Notes: generated by a model not told the origin, from the sequence alone. DNA of 64,000 nt from Patescibacteria group bacterium (GCA_036278915.1 DASUKB010000001.1:173186-237185); one strand, 5' to 3'. Numbered from the stretch's first letter, positions 36,433-45,861 are shown. Program-made: numbers and translations.

Positions 36433-36993
36433 ATGAGCATTGCGCAGCCACTCAAGGAATCATACATCCCTCGAGCAACGGACTATATCGATTCGGTTGC
36501 TGATCCGATCGAGAAGTATCAGCTCGCAGTCGAACCTCTCATTGCAGAGAGGGAGCAGCTCAAACAGCGGCTCAAGCAAATTGAAAACGAAATCGAAAAG
36601 CACGCCGGCCTGCGACATAAGATTGGACGATTGGTCCGCCGGTTTGCGCGCTACGCCCAGCGGCGGAAAGATGATTTCGTCAATGGCGGAAAGCGGACAG
36701 TGAAAACTGGTTCAGGATCATTCGGGTGGCGATTGAACCCGAGTGATTCGCTTGTTTGTGATCCCGGTCTTGAGCATAAAGCCATAAAGCGGCTCATCGA
36801 GCTTGAACGATGGGATCTGCTCGATTGCCGACTACGCAAAGATCCTATCAAGGCGGCTTTGCAAAGCGGGGATTTGAGAAGCATTCCAGGTCTTTCTGTG
36901 ATCCGAAGCGAGCGTTTCCTTGTGGCCCCCTCGGGATTGTGGTCTGTTAGCCTTTTTGAGGACGGCCATATCAAGCTTCAAGGCGAACGCTAG
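36433..36993 (+). CDS. gam: phage Mu Gam-like host-nuclease inhibitor / Ku-like DNA-end-binding protein
   Basis: 186 aa. Segment RRKDDFVNGGKRTVKTGSGSFGWRLNPSD...LVAP parallels Mu Gam RDELTNGGKVKTANLVTGDVSWRVRPPS...IIP (recalled from memory). N-terminal coiled coil. Gene is GC-richer than flanks. Confidence 0.7.
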   Translation: MSIAQPLKESYIPRATDYIDSVADPIEKYQLAVEPLIAEREQLKQRLKQIENEIEKHAGLRHKIGRLVRRFARYAQRRKDDFVNGGKRTVKTGSGSFGWRLNPSDSLVCDPGLEHKAIKRLIELERWDLLDCRLRKDPIKAALQSGDLRSIPGLSVIRSERFLVAPSGLWSVSLFEDGHIKLQGER

Positions 36994-37008
36994 TGTCTAG
37001 AAGAAGTT

Positions 37009-37044
37009 GGCCTTGCTGGGGCAATCCCGGCAAGGCTTTTTTTA
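37009..37044 (+). terminator. rho-independent terminator after gam-like gene
   Basis: GCCTTGC-TGGGGCAATCCCG-GCAAGGC + TTTTTTT. Confidence 0.65.
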
Positions 37045-38619
37045 GTTCACGTGGTATTCGGTGATGTAGATATCGCCCTTAAATCCTGGCGTGTCCGGGT
37101 ACACTTGTTCTTGCACCGTATCCCAGTTGCCAGGAACGTTTGGCTTATTGGACCCAAACCCAGTGGTCCATACCAGCCAGACTGTGTCATTTGTTTGGAC
37201 TTCAGGGTGATTGAAAATCGTATCGGTGAGCACCAGGTCGTCGGCCGAAAGCAGAGCTGTGCCAGAGAAGTGGGGGATCGTGGACAGCGGTCCGCTTGAG
37301 ATAAGTTCGGGGTGAATGCCGGTTTGGTTATAATATCTGAACGTAAAGTACACGAAACTTGAGCCGACATAAATTTTATCACCTGGTCTGGCGTATTCGT
37401 TGACCTCAGCCGCTGCCGCGGCCATGCCGGGCTTTTTGTCTACCGTGCGGTTGAAGAAGATGTTCTCCACTCCCATATCGTACCAATTTTTATAAAACGT
37501 AAAGATAAGCGCCACCACGAACACAGAGGACAGGACCTGGCGCACAGTAGGTTTCGGGATCATATCCACCACTGCGGCCACGAGGATGGTGAAGAAGACG
37601 GACGTGAACACGAAGTATCGCTCCTGATAAATTGCAGTCTGAAGCGAGAGAAAAATAGACAGCACAAACGGCACGAGGATGCTTAAGGCTATAAACCATT
37701 TGATTTCGGCCTTACCGCGTCGCAGAAATAGGTAAATAGCTACTAAGGCCACGATGGTTGCGATAATTTGAATGAGGTGCCTTATACCCTGGCCGCCGAA
37801 GATCATAGTCCAAATCGTGCCAGGAATGCTCCAGCGGTCCAGGGGCGGGATCCAGTATGCGGCATCCACACGGCCTTTCTGCACCAAAAATTGCCCGAGC
37901 CAGGGCACAAAGAGGATAAACGCAAAGACATAGGCTCCGACTGTTCTAACGGTCGCATTTTTATACCACTGCCAGTTGACTTGTTTGTGCTTGAACAGCC
38001 AATAAATGAGATATAAACCCTGTGCGGCTACGGAAAAAATTAAATAATAATGCGTGTAGATGCACGCCGCAGCCAAAACTCCATAGATAAGCCAGTGTTT
38101 GATTTTCTGAGTCTCAAGAGCTCGGAACAGGAAATAGCTTGAGAGGAGGATAAGAAACGTGCCCAGCGTGTACATGCGCGCCTCCAGAGAGTACTGGGCC
38201 TGGAATGGGTTTATGGCGATAAGCAGCGCGGAAAACAGCGCCAACCTTTGGGATCCAAAAGCTTTTTTTACAAACAAATAAGCGGCCCATATCGTGAGCG
38301 TGCCAAAAAGAATAGAAAACCCGCGCAGAGACAGAAGTCCAGTGCCTGTGACGTAAGTCCAAAGTTTTAGAAGAATATAATAAAGCGGGGGATGCACATC
38401 CAGGCCTATGCGGTACATCATTTCATGCCAGCTATAGTCGCGTACATAGAGCGCGCTGAATGCTTCGTCATGCCAGAGCGCTACGGCTGTGTTGTTGTAG
38501 AAGCGCAAGTACACACCAAATGCCAAAATCGGCAGCAGCCACCAGGTGGAAAGTTCAGTTACGCGAAACTTAGCGGATTTTTTTGAAACAGATTTTGGAA
38601 TTATTTTTTTTGTAGGCAT
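37042..38619 (-). CDS. GT-C fold glycosyltransferase, family 39/83-like (PMT/ArnT-type dolichyl/undecaprenyl-phosphate sugar transferase)
   Basis: 525 aa, more than 10 TM helices. N-terminal loop AVALWHDEAFSALY (DE motif of GT39/ArnT family). Confidence 0.7.
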   Translation of the reverse strand: MPTKKIIPKSVSKKSAKFRVTELSTWWLLPILAFGVYLRFYNNTAVALWHDEAFSALYVRDYSWHEMMYRIGLDVHPPLYYILLKLWTYVTGTGLLSLRGFSILFGTLTIWAAYLFVKKAFGSQRLALFSALLIAINPFQAQYSLEARMYTLGTFLILLSSYFLFRALETQKIKHWLIYGVLAAACIYTHYYLIFSVAAQGLYLIYWLFKHKQVNWQWYKNATVRTVGAYVFAFILFVPWLGQFLVQKGRVDAAYWIPPLDRWSIPGTIWTMIFGGQGIRHLIQIIATIVALVAIYLFLRRGKAEIKWFIALSILVPFVLSIFLSLQTAIYQERYFVFTSVFFTILVAAVVDMIPKPTVRQVLSSVFVVALIFTFYKNWYDMGVENIFFNRTVDKKPGMAAAAAEVNEYARPGDKIYVGSSFVYFTFRYYNQTGIHPELISSGPLSTIPHFSGTALLSADDLVLTDTIFNHPEVQTNDTVWLVWTTGFGSNKPNVPGNWDTVQEQVYPDTPGFKGDIYITEYHVN

Positions 38620-38735
38620 ATTTAAGTGCGTTAATCGTTATTGGGCAGCGCGGCGCGTGGGGCGTTCGCGGCTTTCGGTTTGTGGACGTAAAACTTCAAC
38701 GTAAACCGATGCGCGCAGCGCTGCCGCTAAACGCG

Positions 38736-38915
38736 CTAGCGTTTTTTAGTTTTCGCATCGTGGATAAGTATACCACCAGCAACTCTTTTGAGCTGCAGGT
38801 ACTGGTGCTCATGCCAGCCAAACATCCTGACAAATTCCGCAGGCATTGCAATCACCAAAGTTTTCCCTGATCCCGTCTTGGTTAATTTACGTTTTGTGTT
38901 TGTTGGCCTTGCCAT
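38736..38915 (-). CDS. unannotated 59-aa SpoVT/AbrB-MazE-like DNA-binding protein (paralog of 1511-1678)
   Basis: MARPTNTKRKLTKTGSGKTLVIAMPAEFVRMFGWHEHQYLQLKRVAGGILIHDAKTKKR aligns to TKAKITKIGGHSSSIVIPVRIMKDLHW...VKRVARGVKITDARSKKRRQ. Sits between the two GT-C genes on the same strand. Confidence 0.5.
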   Translation of the reverse strand: MARPTNTKRKLTKTGSGKTLVIAMPAEFVRMFGWHEHQYLQLKRVAGGILIHDAKTKKR

Positions 38916-38930
38916 AAATTATATTGTTTA

Positions 38931-38954
38931 AGTATTGAGTTTAGTATTGAGTTA
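38931..38954. repeat. tandem 12-mer AGTATTGAGTT(T/A) x2 upstream of AbrB-like paralog
   Basis: Read directly. Lies between the GT-C stop (38975) and the small ORF start (38915) on the minus strand. Confidence 0.3.
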
Positions 38955-38974
38955 TAACTCGCCCCCGACGTTGT

Positions 38975-40627
38975 TTAATGTCCAGAGTTGGGATCGGTAT
39001 TAAATCCCGGGTTAGTGATTGGTTTGCACGAGTCTTCCGGCATATTTAGTTGCTCGTAGACGGTCATGGCGGTAAGCCCAAACTGGTTTATATCCTGTTT
39101 AACAAGTTCGGCTGTGGGGTGGTAGTGGCAGAATTTTTGACTGTCAAAAAGTGTGCTCATAGTAAAGACAATCTGATCATTGTGTTTGAGATTAGCCTCA
39201 TAGCTTGAGGCGGGATCAAGCAACTGATACGGCTGGTTGGCTTCGGTCGTGAGATAATCAGTAGTCTGCACAGAGAAAGTATCCAATACAAGGTAAGTGT
39301 CTGCTTTGTCGTTCCGCGCATTCAAATAATTTGAAACGTCCGTGAGGTCCGAACGATAAGCATAATAATCATCCGGAGAATTGGCGGCCACCGTAAATAC
39401 AGCATAGAAGTTATAGTAAAAAATAGCTCCCAAAAACACTACCGCAAATGCCACGCGTCCGGGCCGGTTGATGACGTATTGTTTGAGCCAGATCCAGAAT
39501 TTATGCAAGCTCCAGGCGGACAAAATAAAAATTGGAGGGATAACGCCTATAATGCGTAGTCCGTGCGGTATGCCTTCGGCTGTGGTTATCTCAGGCACAA
39601 TCATAAACCAAAACCACACCGCGACCAGAGCCTGGTATACTGTCCGCTCGTGTAAATTTTGCCGCCAAACGTCCCAGAGAAATTTAAAGAACATAATCGT
39701 AAACCAAATCAAACTTATGGCAAAGAATGGGCTTATGAAAGGCGACAGGAACGGGTATCCGGATACGTTTTGGCGCCAGTTGAGATCGCCCTGAGTAAAG
39801 AAACTCAGCATAGTTTTTTTCACCACAGTCACAAACGTGCCTACCACGTCGCCATTGTTGAGCTGCTGGTTGAAGATGGAAACCTGTCCGGCCCGGCCCA
39901 CAAATGAATCCGGGTGCTGTACGAAATAGATGCCAATCCAGGCAAAGGCAATTATAAATCCAGTTCCAAAAATGATTTTGGGAGTCATGTACCTGCGGAT
40001 TGTTTCGCGCATATGCGCGCGATTGGCAAGCATGAGTAAAAATCCCATGCCGACTGCCAAAGGAATCATCATGCGATAGGAGATGTAAGTGTAAAACCCC
40101 AGGCCAAAAAAAATGCCGGATAAAAATGCCGAGATCGCGCGCGAACCGGTCCGGAATTCGGGCGTCTGGAAAAATTTAACAGCAAACAGAAAGGTAAGGG
40201 TGGTAAACAGCGGTATGAGGTTGGCGCGGAATCCATTGCGGTTGAGCATAAGCATGTAACTTGAACATGCCATAAAAAACGATGCTAAAAGCGCGACGTT
40301 TTTGCCAAACATCCGTTTGACCAAGAAATACGTGGCAAATACTTCCAGCACGCCGACCCCGCCCGAGACTATATGGTGCTGCCAAGGGCCTCGTCCAAAC
40401 ACGGCCACTGACGCGGCCAAAAGATAGAAGTACAGCGCCTCACGGCCGTTGCCGCGCGGGTAAAACGGCTGCAAATGGCCGTGGAGTATAGAATTCACAT
40501 CCAGGCCGTTGGCCGCTTCGTCGGGAAATAGGCCGTTGGGAAAAGTTGCGATATGCCAGAACCGAAGGAAAATCGCCAGGAGCAGAATTACGACCAAAAT
40601 CCAGTGATCTTTTATAAATTTTGCCAT
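38975..40627 (-). CDS. GT-C fold glycosyltransferase, family 39/83-like (paralog)
   Basis: 550 aa polytopic. N-terminal loop FPNGLFPDEAANGL (DE motif). Confidence 0.7.
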   Translation of the reverse strand: MAKFIKDHWILVVILLLAIFLRFWHIATFPNGLFPDEAANGLDVNSILHGHLQPFYPRGNGREALYFYLLAASVAVFGRGPWQHHIVSGGVGVLEVFATYFLVKRMFGKNVALLASFFMACSSYMLMLNRNGFRANLIPLFTTLTFLFAVKFFQTPEFRTGSRAISAFLSGIFFGLGFYTYISYRMMIPLAVGMGFLLMLANRAHMRETIRRYMTPKIIFGTGFIIAFAWIGIYFVQHPDSFVGRAGQVSIFNQQLNNGDVVGTFVTVVKKTMLSFFTQGDLNWRQNVSGYPFLSPFISPFFAISLIWFTIMFFKFLWDVWRQNLHERTVYQALVAVWFWFMIVPEITTAEGIPHGLRIIGVIPPIFILSAWSLHKFWIWLKQYVINRPGRVAFAVVFLGAIFYYNFYAVFTVAANSPDDYYAYRSDLTDVSNYLNARNDKADTYLVLDTFSVQTTDYLTTEANQPYQLLDPASSYEANLKHNDQIVFTMSTLFDSQKFCHYHPTAELVKQDINQFGLTAMTVYEQLNMPEDSCKPITNPGFNTDPNSGH

Positions 40628-40696
40628 TTAAGTTTTAGATTTTAGTTTCATAAATCCGATTGAATTTTTGCACCCGATATTGTATAATTTAGCCAC

Positions 40697-41074
40697 ATGT
40701 TTAGCGTTAAATTAAAACAGGTTACGGATGCCCGGTCAGGCTTTATTTATGAGCCTTTTAACTACCGAAGTATCGGATTGTCTCTTGTCATAAACATTAT
40801 ACATTGGGCAATTCTTATTTTCAAGCTGGGTTTTGGGCACGCTCCGATTCTGATCCGCTTCAATGTCGTATATGGACCGGATTTAGTTAAGAGCGCTCGA
40901 TTTGCATATCTGATTCCGCTGGCAGCATTGGTTTTATTGGCTGTGAACGTTGCTATCTCCATAATGTTTTATCGGCGCGAGAAACTGGCCGCATACTTTT
41001 TGAATTGTGCCAGTATCGCCATCCAATTGATTTTTTTGGCCGCGACCATAATTTTGCTTTCAATCAATGCCTAA
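40697..41074 (+). CDS. small polytopic membrane protein, hypothetical
   Basis: 125 aa, 3-4 TM helices. Immediately upstream of the GT2 gene, overlapping its start by 8 nt. Confidence 0.45.
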   Translation: MFSVKLKQVTDARSGFIYEPFNYRSIGLSLVINIIHWAILIFKLGFGHAPILIRFNVVYGPDLVKSARFAYLIPLAALVLLAVNVAISIMFYRREKLAAYFLNCASIAIQLIFLAATIILLSINA

Positions 41075-42722
41075 TAAGCGCACTAAAACCGCAAGATTTT
41101 TTGAAATTTTCCCCGGAGTCCTGACTTGGACCACGCTTTTGGGTGCGCCAATTTTGTCATACTACCATCCCGTGTGGGTATCTGTATTTATAATCGGGTT
41201 TGATTTGTATTGGTTCCTCAAAGGCGGCAATGTTGCCTTGCATCTGCTGCATTCATACGCTACTTTGCGCACGCATGCAAAAGTTGACTGGATGGATTTT
41301 TGCCAGCGCCTTGCTAATCGTGAGTCTTTCAAAAATTATCTTAAGCTCCAGCAACAGGCTGCTGGCCGAGATTTGAAGAATTTTTACGATTTGCAGCTTT
41401 CGCGTTTAACCAAAGTGCCATCCGATCGCAATCTTGATTGGACGCAAATTTACCATCTTATAATCGCACCGACGTACAATGAGGATTTAGGAGTTATAGA
41501 AGCGTCGATTCAGTCATATTTGTCGTCAGACTATCCGAAGGATAAAATGATTTTTGTTCTGGCGACAGAAGAGCGTGCGGGCGAGACCGCTGACCAGTAT
41601 GCGGCAATTTTATCATCTCGGTACGCGGGCAGTTTTCATAAGTTTTTGGCAATCAAGCATCCAGATGGAATCCCGGGTGAGGCCAAAGGCAAAGGCGCCA
41701 ATATCGCTTACGCGGCAAGACAGGCCCAAAAACTTTTGGATGAGGAACTCATACCATATGAAAACATCCTCGTGTCCGTCTTTGACATAGATACCATCGC
41801 TGACCGGCAATACTTCAGCCATTTAACATACGACTTTTTGACGAGCCGAAAGCCTTTGCGCACCAGTTTTCAGCCGATGCCGCTCTTCCACAATAATATC
41901 TGGGATACGCCGGCTATCGCTCGCGTGATCGCGGTCTCTTCGTCATTCTGGCAGTTGGTGGAGGCCTCCCGACCAGATCGTCTCGTGACATTTTCTTCGC
42001 ACTCCATGAACTTTCGCACGCTCGTGGATGTGGGATTTTGGCGCACAGACATAATTCCCGAGGATTCGCATATTTTTTGGCAATGTTTCTTGCACTTCAA
42101 TGGCGATTACCGCACCGAACCGCTGTTTACGACTGTATCCATGGACGCGGTGCTGGGCAACAGCTACTTCGGCACGCTCGTGGCGCAGTACAAACAGAAA
42201 CGGCGCTGGGCCTGGGGCGTCACGGAAATTTCCATGGTCATACCGGAATTTATGCACAACAAAAAAATTCCGCTCTGGAAGAAGTGGGTCTACGGCGAGC
42301 GGCTTATAGAGGGTCATTATTTCTGGGCCACGGCTTCGATTATGATTGCGATCTTAGGCTGGCTGCCACTTACATTGGGCGGAGCGCATTTTGGGTCAAC
42401 TGTGGTGGCTGTAAACCTGCCGATTATGACCAAATTCATAATGAGCGTAGCCACTTTTTTCCTTGTTTTCTCCATGTACATAAATATCGTCCTCTTGCCG
42501 AAGCGTCCGCAAGGCTACCCGCGTTGGAAATCCGTGTCCATGCTGGTCCAGTGGGTGTTTTCGCCGATTGTTTCATCCGTGTTTGGAAGTCTTCCGGCAA
42601 TTGATGCGCAAACCAGACTGATGTTTGGCAAGTATATGGAATTTTGGGTAACGCCCAAAGTCCGGCGCACAAATTTGGTTTCGCCTGAGTCAGCTGTGCC
42701 CCAGGAAGTGGTTGTAAAATAA
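41067..42722 (+). CDS. processive family-2 glycosyltransferase (cellulose/chitin/PNAG-synthase-like)
   Basis: 551 aa. N- and C-terminal TM bundles. Cytoplasmic GT-A domain with D, DxD-like (VFDIDT) and Q-x-x-R-W (QKRRW) motifs. Confidence 0.8.
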   Translation: MPNKRTKTARFFEIFPGVLTWTTLLGAPILSYYHPVWVSVFIIGFDLYWFLKGGNVALHLLHSYATLRTHAKVDWMDFCQRLANRESFKNYLKLQQQAAGRDLKNFYDLQLSRLTKVPSDRNLDWTQIYHLIIAPTYNEDLGVIEASIQSYLSSDYPKDKMIFVLATEERAGETADQYAAILSSRYAGSFHKFLAIKHPDGIPGEAKGKGANIAYAARQAQKLLDEELIPYENILVSVFDIDTIADRQYFSHLTYDFLTSRKPLRTSFQPMPLFHNNIWDTPAIARVIAVSSSFWQLVEASRPDRLVTFSSHSMNFRTLVDVGFWRTDIIPEDSHIFWQCFLHFNGDYRTEPLFTTVSMDAVLGNSYFGTLVAQYKQKRRWAWGVTEISMVIPEFMHNKKIPLWKKWVYGERLIEGHYFWATASIMIAILGWLPLTLGGAHFGSTVVAVNLPIMTKFIMSVATFFLVFSMYINIVLLPKRPQGYPRWKSVSMLVQWVFSPIVSSVFGSLPAIDAQTRLMFGKYMEFWVTPKVRRTNLVSPESAVPQEVVVK

Positions 42723-42743
42723 TAAGAAGTAATCGCAATTTTT

Positions 42744-43811
42744 ATGAGATTCGTATATTTGGAGGCGTTCGGACTGGCATTCTTCATCTCGTTTGTGGCT
42801 ACATTTCTGGTTTCGCGCATGGCGGTGCGCCGAAAAATTATTGACTTCCCTGATGAAGAGCGGAAATTCCACAAAGCCCCCACGCCGACATTGGGTGGCT
42901 TGGCAGTGTTTGCCAGTTTTTTCCTGGTCACATTTTTTTTGGGAGTTTTGGGCGGATACCTGGTGGGAGGCACGCTTCCTTTGCGCGTGCTTTTGGGTAT
43001 CTGGGCCGGCGGCATGATACTTATGATCGGCGGATATCTGGATGACCGCTACCGCCTGCCGCCATCATATTCTGTTATTTTCCCGATCCTGGCCGCCCTG
43101 ACCGTGGTTTTTTCCGGCGTGTCAGCCGTGAGTATTCATAATCCATTTACGGGAAACATTGTCCAGCTGAATAGTTTTGAAGTAGCCGGCCTCCCGGTAC
43201 TTTCGGGTGTCGTCGTATTCTGCTGGATGCTCGGCATGACTTACACTACGAAGTTGCTGGACGGCATGGACGGGCTGGTCACGGGCATTTCGGCTATTGG
43301 CGCAATCGTAATCTTTTTGCTGTCACTCACGCCACAGGTCATGCAGACTCCCACGGCAATTCTGGCCATTACCTTTGCTGGGGCTCTGCTTGGGTTTTTG
43401 ATTCTGAATTTTTATCCGGCTAAAATTTTCCTTGGCGAATCCGGGTCAACTTTCGCCGGATTTATGCTGGGAATTTTGGCAATCGTCTCCGGCGGGAAAA
43501 TCGCCACCGCGATTTTGGTCATGGGCATCCCGCTTTTGGATGTCATTTGGGTTATACTGCAGCGCCTGTTCAACCGACAGTCGCCGTTTACTGGCGACCG
43601 CAGGCATCTGCATTTCCGTTTGCTGGACATTGGGTTTTCAGAACCACAAGCGGTGCTTTTCCTGTATGCGCTGTCTGGATTTTTTGGAGCTACAGCCCTC
43701 TTTCTTCAATCATTGGGAAAATTAGTGGCCTTATTGATATTGATTTTCGTCATGGTGATTATTGTAAGCACAATATTTTTCGCGGTTAGGCCGCGACAAA
43801 CTAAATTTTGA
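42744..43811 (+). CDS. GT4 MraY/WecA-family polyprenyl-phosphate phospho-sugar transferase
   Basis: 355 aa, about 10 TM. Motifs IGGYLDDRYRLPP and LLDGMDGLVTG. Confidence 0.75.
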   Translation: MRFVYLEAFGLAFFISFVATFLVSRMAVRRKIIDFPDEERKFHKAPTPTLGGLAVFASFFLVTFFLGVLGGYLVGGTLPLRVLLGIWAGGMILMIGGYLDDRYRLPPSYSVIFPILAALTVVFSGVSAVSIHNPFTGNIVQLNSFEVAGLPVLSGVVVFCWMLGMTYTTKLLDGMDGLVTGISAIGAIVIFLLSLTPQVMQTPTAILAITFAGALLGFLILNFYPAKIFLGESGSTFAGFMLGILAIVSGGKIATAILVMGIPLLDVIWVILQRLFNRQSPFTGDRRHLHFRLLDIGFSEPQAVLFLYALSGFFGATALFLQSLGKLVALLILIFVMVIIVSTIFFAVRPRQTKF

Positions 43812-43831
43812 AAAATTAAAACAAATATTTT

Positions 43832-44281
43832 ATGAAGAAGACATGTTTACTTCTGGTCGCGGTTGGTTTGGTGGCGGCTTCTTGCAATTCCAGCAACCAG
43901 CTACGTCAGGATGAAGTCATTCAGATCAAATCGCGGAGGTTCTCGGTACAGCTAGCAGACACGCCGCAGGAGCGAGAGCAGGGCTTAAGCGGCATTGCGG
44001 CTATTTCCGACGAAGAAGGAATGCTGTTTCTGTTTTCCGGTCCCCAGTCGCCGCAATTTTGGATGAAGGATATGAATTTCCCGCTGGATTTGGTTTGGAT
44101 TAATGGTGATAAAATTGTCGGCATTACGGATAATGTGCCAACTCAGCCGAAGGTGCCGGACAGTCAGCTGGCGACATACGCGCCGCCTTCACCCGTGGAT
44201 AAAGTCCTTGAAGTCAATGCCGGCTGGGCTCTGCGCAAAGATGTAAACGTGGGCGACACCATTACTGTAGTCAGCCAATAG
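43832..44281 (+). CDS. DUF192-family lipoprotein
   Basis: Lipobox AASC. Core RRFSVQLADTPQEREQGLSG...LFLFSG...WMKDMNFPLDLVWIN resembles DUF192/COG1430. Confidence 0.6.
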   Translation: MKKTCLLLVAVGLVAASCNSSNQLRQDEVIQIKSRRFSVQLADTPQEREQGLSGIAAISDEEGMLFLFSGPQSPQFWMKDMNFPLDLVWINGDKIVGITDNVPTQPKVPDSQLATYAPPSPVDKVLEVNAGWALRKDVNVGDTITVVSQ

Positions 44282-44286
44282 AGGGG

Positions 44287-44315
44287 TTGACCGGGTTCCA
44301 AATTTTTGCTAAAAT
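44287..44315 (+). promoter_or_regulatory. sigma70-like promoter TTGACC-17-TAAAAT for rplU
   Basis: Read directly. Leader element copy 6 lies between it and the ATG. Confidence 0.45.
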
Positions 44316-44331
44316 ATTTGGGCAATAATTA

Positions 44332-44378
44332 TCCCTCACCCTCTTACCCCTCTCCCGAGAGGGATAGGGGAGTTCTAA
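44332..44378 (+). promoter_or_regulatory. leader element copy 6 (TCCCTCACCC box, CCCCTCTCCC/GGGATAGGGG hairpin, AGTTCTAAG)
   Basis: Same architecture as copies 4 and 5. Confidence 0.5.
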
Positions 44379-44392
44379 GAAGAAGAATCAAG

Positions 44393-44692
44393 ATGCAGGC
44401 AGTTATAGAAACAGGCGGAAAGCAGTATCTGGTTTCCCCCAAAGAGAAATTGGCAATCGAAAAAATCGCAGGCGCCGCCGGCGACACTGTGGCTTTTGAC
44501 AAAGTCCTGCTCACCATCGACGGCGACAAAGTCAGCCTGGGCAAACCATATCTGGCTAATCAGAAAGTTTCGGCCAAAATCGTAGAGCAGTCACGAGCCG
44601 AGAAATTGACTGTATTTAAATACCGCGCCAAGTCGCGCTACCGACGCAAAACTGGACATCGCCAGAGCCAGACTATAGTTGAAATTCAATAA
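44393..44692 (+). CDS. rplU: 50S ribosomal protein L21
   Basis: ORF track begins 44306. ATG 44393 gives MQAVIETGGKQYLVSPKEKL..., canonical bL21 N-terminus, 99 aa. Confidence 0.9.
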   Translation: MQAVIETGGKQYLVSPKEKLAIEKIAGAAGDTVAFDKVLLTIDGDKVSLGKPYLANQKVSAKIVEQSRAEKLTVFKYRAKSRYRRKTGHRQSQTIVEIQ

Positions 44693-44711
44693 CCGTAAAA
44701 TTAAAATACGA

Positions 44712-44745
44712 ACTGATTAACCAGTTCGTATTTTTGTAATGGTTC
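44712..44745. terminator. bidirectional rho-independent terminator between rplU and recR
   Basis: ATACGAACTG-ATTAA-CCAGTTCGTAT flanked by T/A tracts on both strands. Confidence 0.6.
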
Positions 44746-44761
44746 GTACTTTCGTAGATTG

Positions 44762-45373
44762 CTAAAATTCCTGCCGGCCTTCCATAGCCTTGGACAAAGT
44801 GAATTCGTCCGCGTACTCCAAATCGGCGCCCATAGGAAGTCCGCGGCCGATGCGCGTGACTTTCACGTGCGCGTATTCGGGATTTTTGAGGAGTTTGGAA
44901 ATGTACATAGCCGTGGCTTCGCCTTCAAGTGATGGGTTGGTGGCGAGGATTATTTCTTTGGGAGAATTTGGGTTACGAACCCGTTCTAGCAGCTTTCGGA
45001 TAGTAAGGTTTTCCGCGGACACGCCCTCCAGCGGGGAAATAACCCCGCCCAGCACATGGAATACGCCGGGGAAGTCGGAGAGTTGGTCCATAGCCACCAC
45101 GTCCATGGGATCCTCCAGCACGCAAATAACGTTTTGGTTGCGGTGGGTATCCGCGCAGATCTTGCACGGGTTGGTTTCGGCCATGTTGAAGCATACCGAA
45201 CAGTAAATGATATTTTTTTGAAGATTGCTTAAAGCTTGAGCAAAAGCATCCACGTCTATGGATGGCTGTTTGAGCAGGTAAAACGTTAGTCTCTGCGCTG
45301 TTTTTGGTCCCACGCCGGGCAGCCTTGAGAGTTGAGTGATTAGATTTTGTATGGATTTCGGCAGGGTGGACAT
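44762..45373 (-). CDS. recR: recombination protein RecR
   Basis: 203 aa. HhH (LPGVGPKTAQR), C4 zinc finger (CSVC...CKIC), Toprim domain. Confidence 0.9.
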   Translation of the reverse strand: MSTLPKSIQNLITQLSRLPGVGPKTAQRLTFYLLKQPSIDVDAFAQALSNLQKNIIYCSVCFNMAETNPCKICADTHRNQNVICVLEDPMDVVAMDQLSDFPGVFHVLGGVISPLEGVSAENLTIRKLLERVRNPNSPKEIILATNPSLEGEATAMYISKLLKNPEYAHVKVTRIGRGLPMGADLEYADEFTLSKAMEGRQEF

Positions 45374-45467
45374 AGGAGAATTTTAACAAAATTTATATAA
45401 AAAACAAACCATAATTAAAAAGAATCGGCAAGCCCCGGAGGGCCTGCCGCAGGTATGTGGCTGCGTG

Positions 45468-45746
45468 CTAGTGCACGTTGCGTGAGAAGACAGAATCCCG
45501 GGCTTTCGCCATCGGGCTGCCATGGCGAGGCGGAAGCTCTTCGAGATCGCCGTCGTCGAGCGCGTTTTCGATCTGATGCTGGCCGCGGATGAGGAGATCC
45601 TGACTGCTGGATGTGCCGTCTGGATTCTCAAAAGTGCAGGTGATATTCTCGCCATCGATCTTGGTGATGCGAAAGATAGGTGAGAGACCCGGGTTTTGAT
45701 TCATCACCTGGTATCTGCTCCCGACCACTACCGCTTTCCAAGGCAT
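45468..45746 (-). CDS. hypothetical 92-aa protein in GC-elevated patch
   Basis: Strong SD AAGGAGGGG 5 nt upstream of ATG (minus strand). Composition clearly GC-richer than surrounding genes. Confidence 0.45.
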   Translation of the reverse strand: MPWKAVVVGSRYQVMNQNPGLSPIFRITKIDGENITCTFENPDGTSSSQDLLIRGQHQIENALDDGDLEELPPRHGSPMAKARDSVFSRNVH

Positions 45747-45861
45747 TTAGCCCCTCCTTTTGGTTCATTCAAAATCAGCGACTTAAATTCTATATTAAAT
45801 GAAGCAAAAAAACAAGATAGGCTGGTACTTGTCAAAAGGTCTAATTTGACTTAAGCTTATG

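Noticed and set aside
36433-36993. Possibility that the Gam-like gene marks a Mu-like prophage
   Set aside because: No transposase, integrase, structural or lysis genes on either side. Flanked by housekeeping and regulatory genes with terminators. More consistent with a solitary domesticated gene.
38682-38870. 62-aa plus-strand ORF in the GT-C intergenic region
   Set aside because: The opposite strand encodes a 59-aa protein with a clear paralog at 1511-1678, so the minus-strand reading is preferred.
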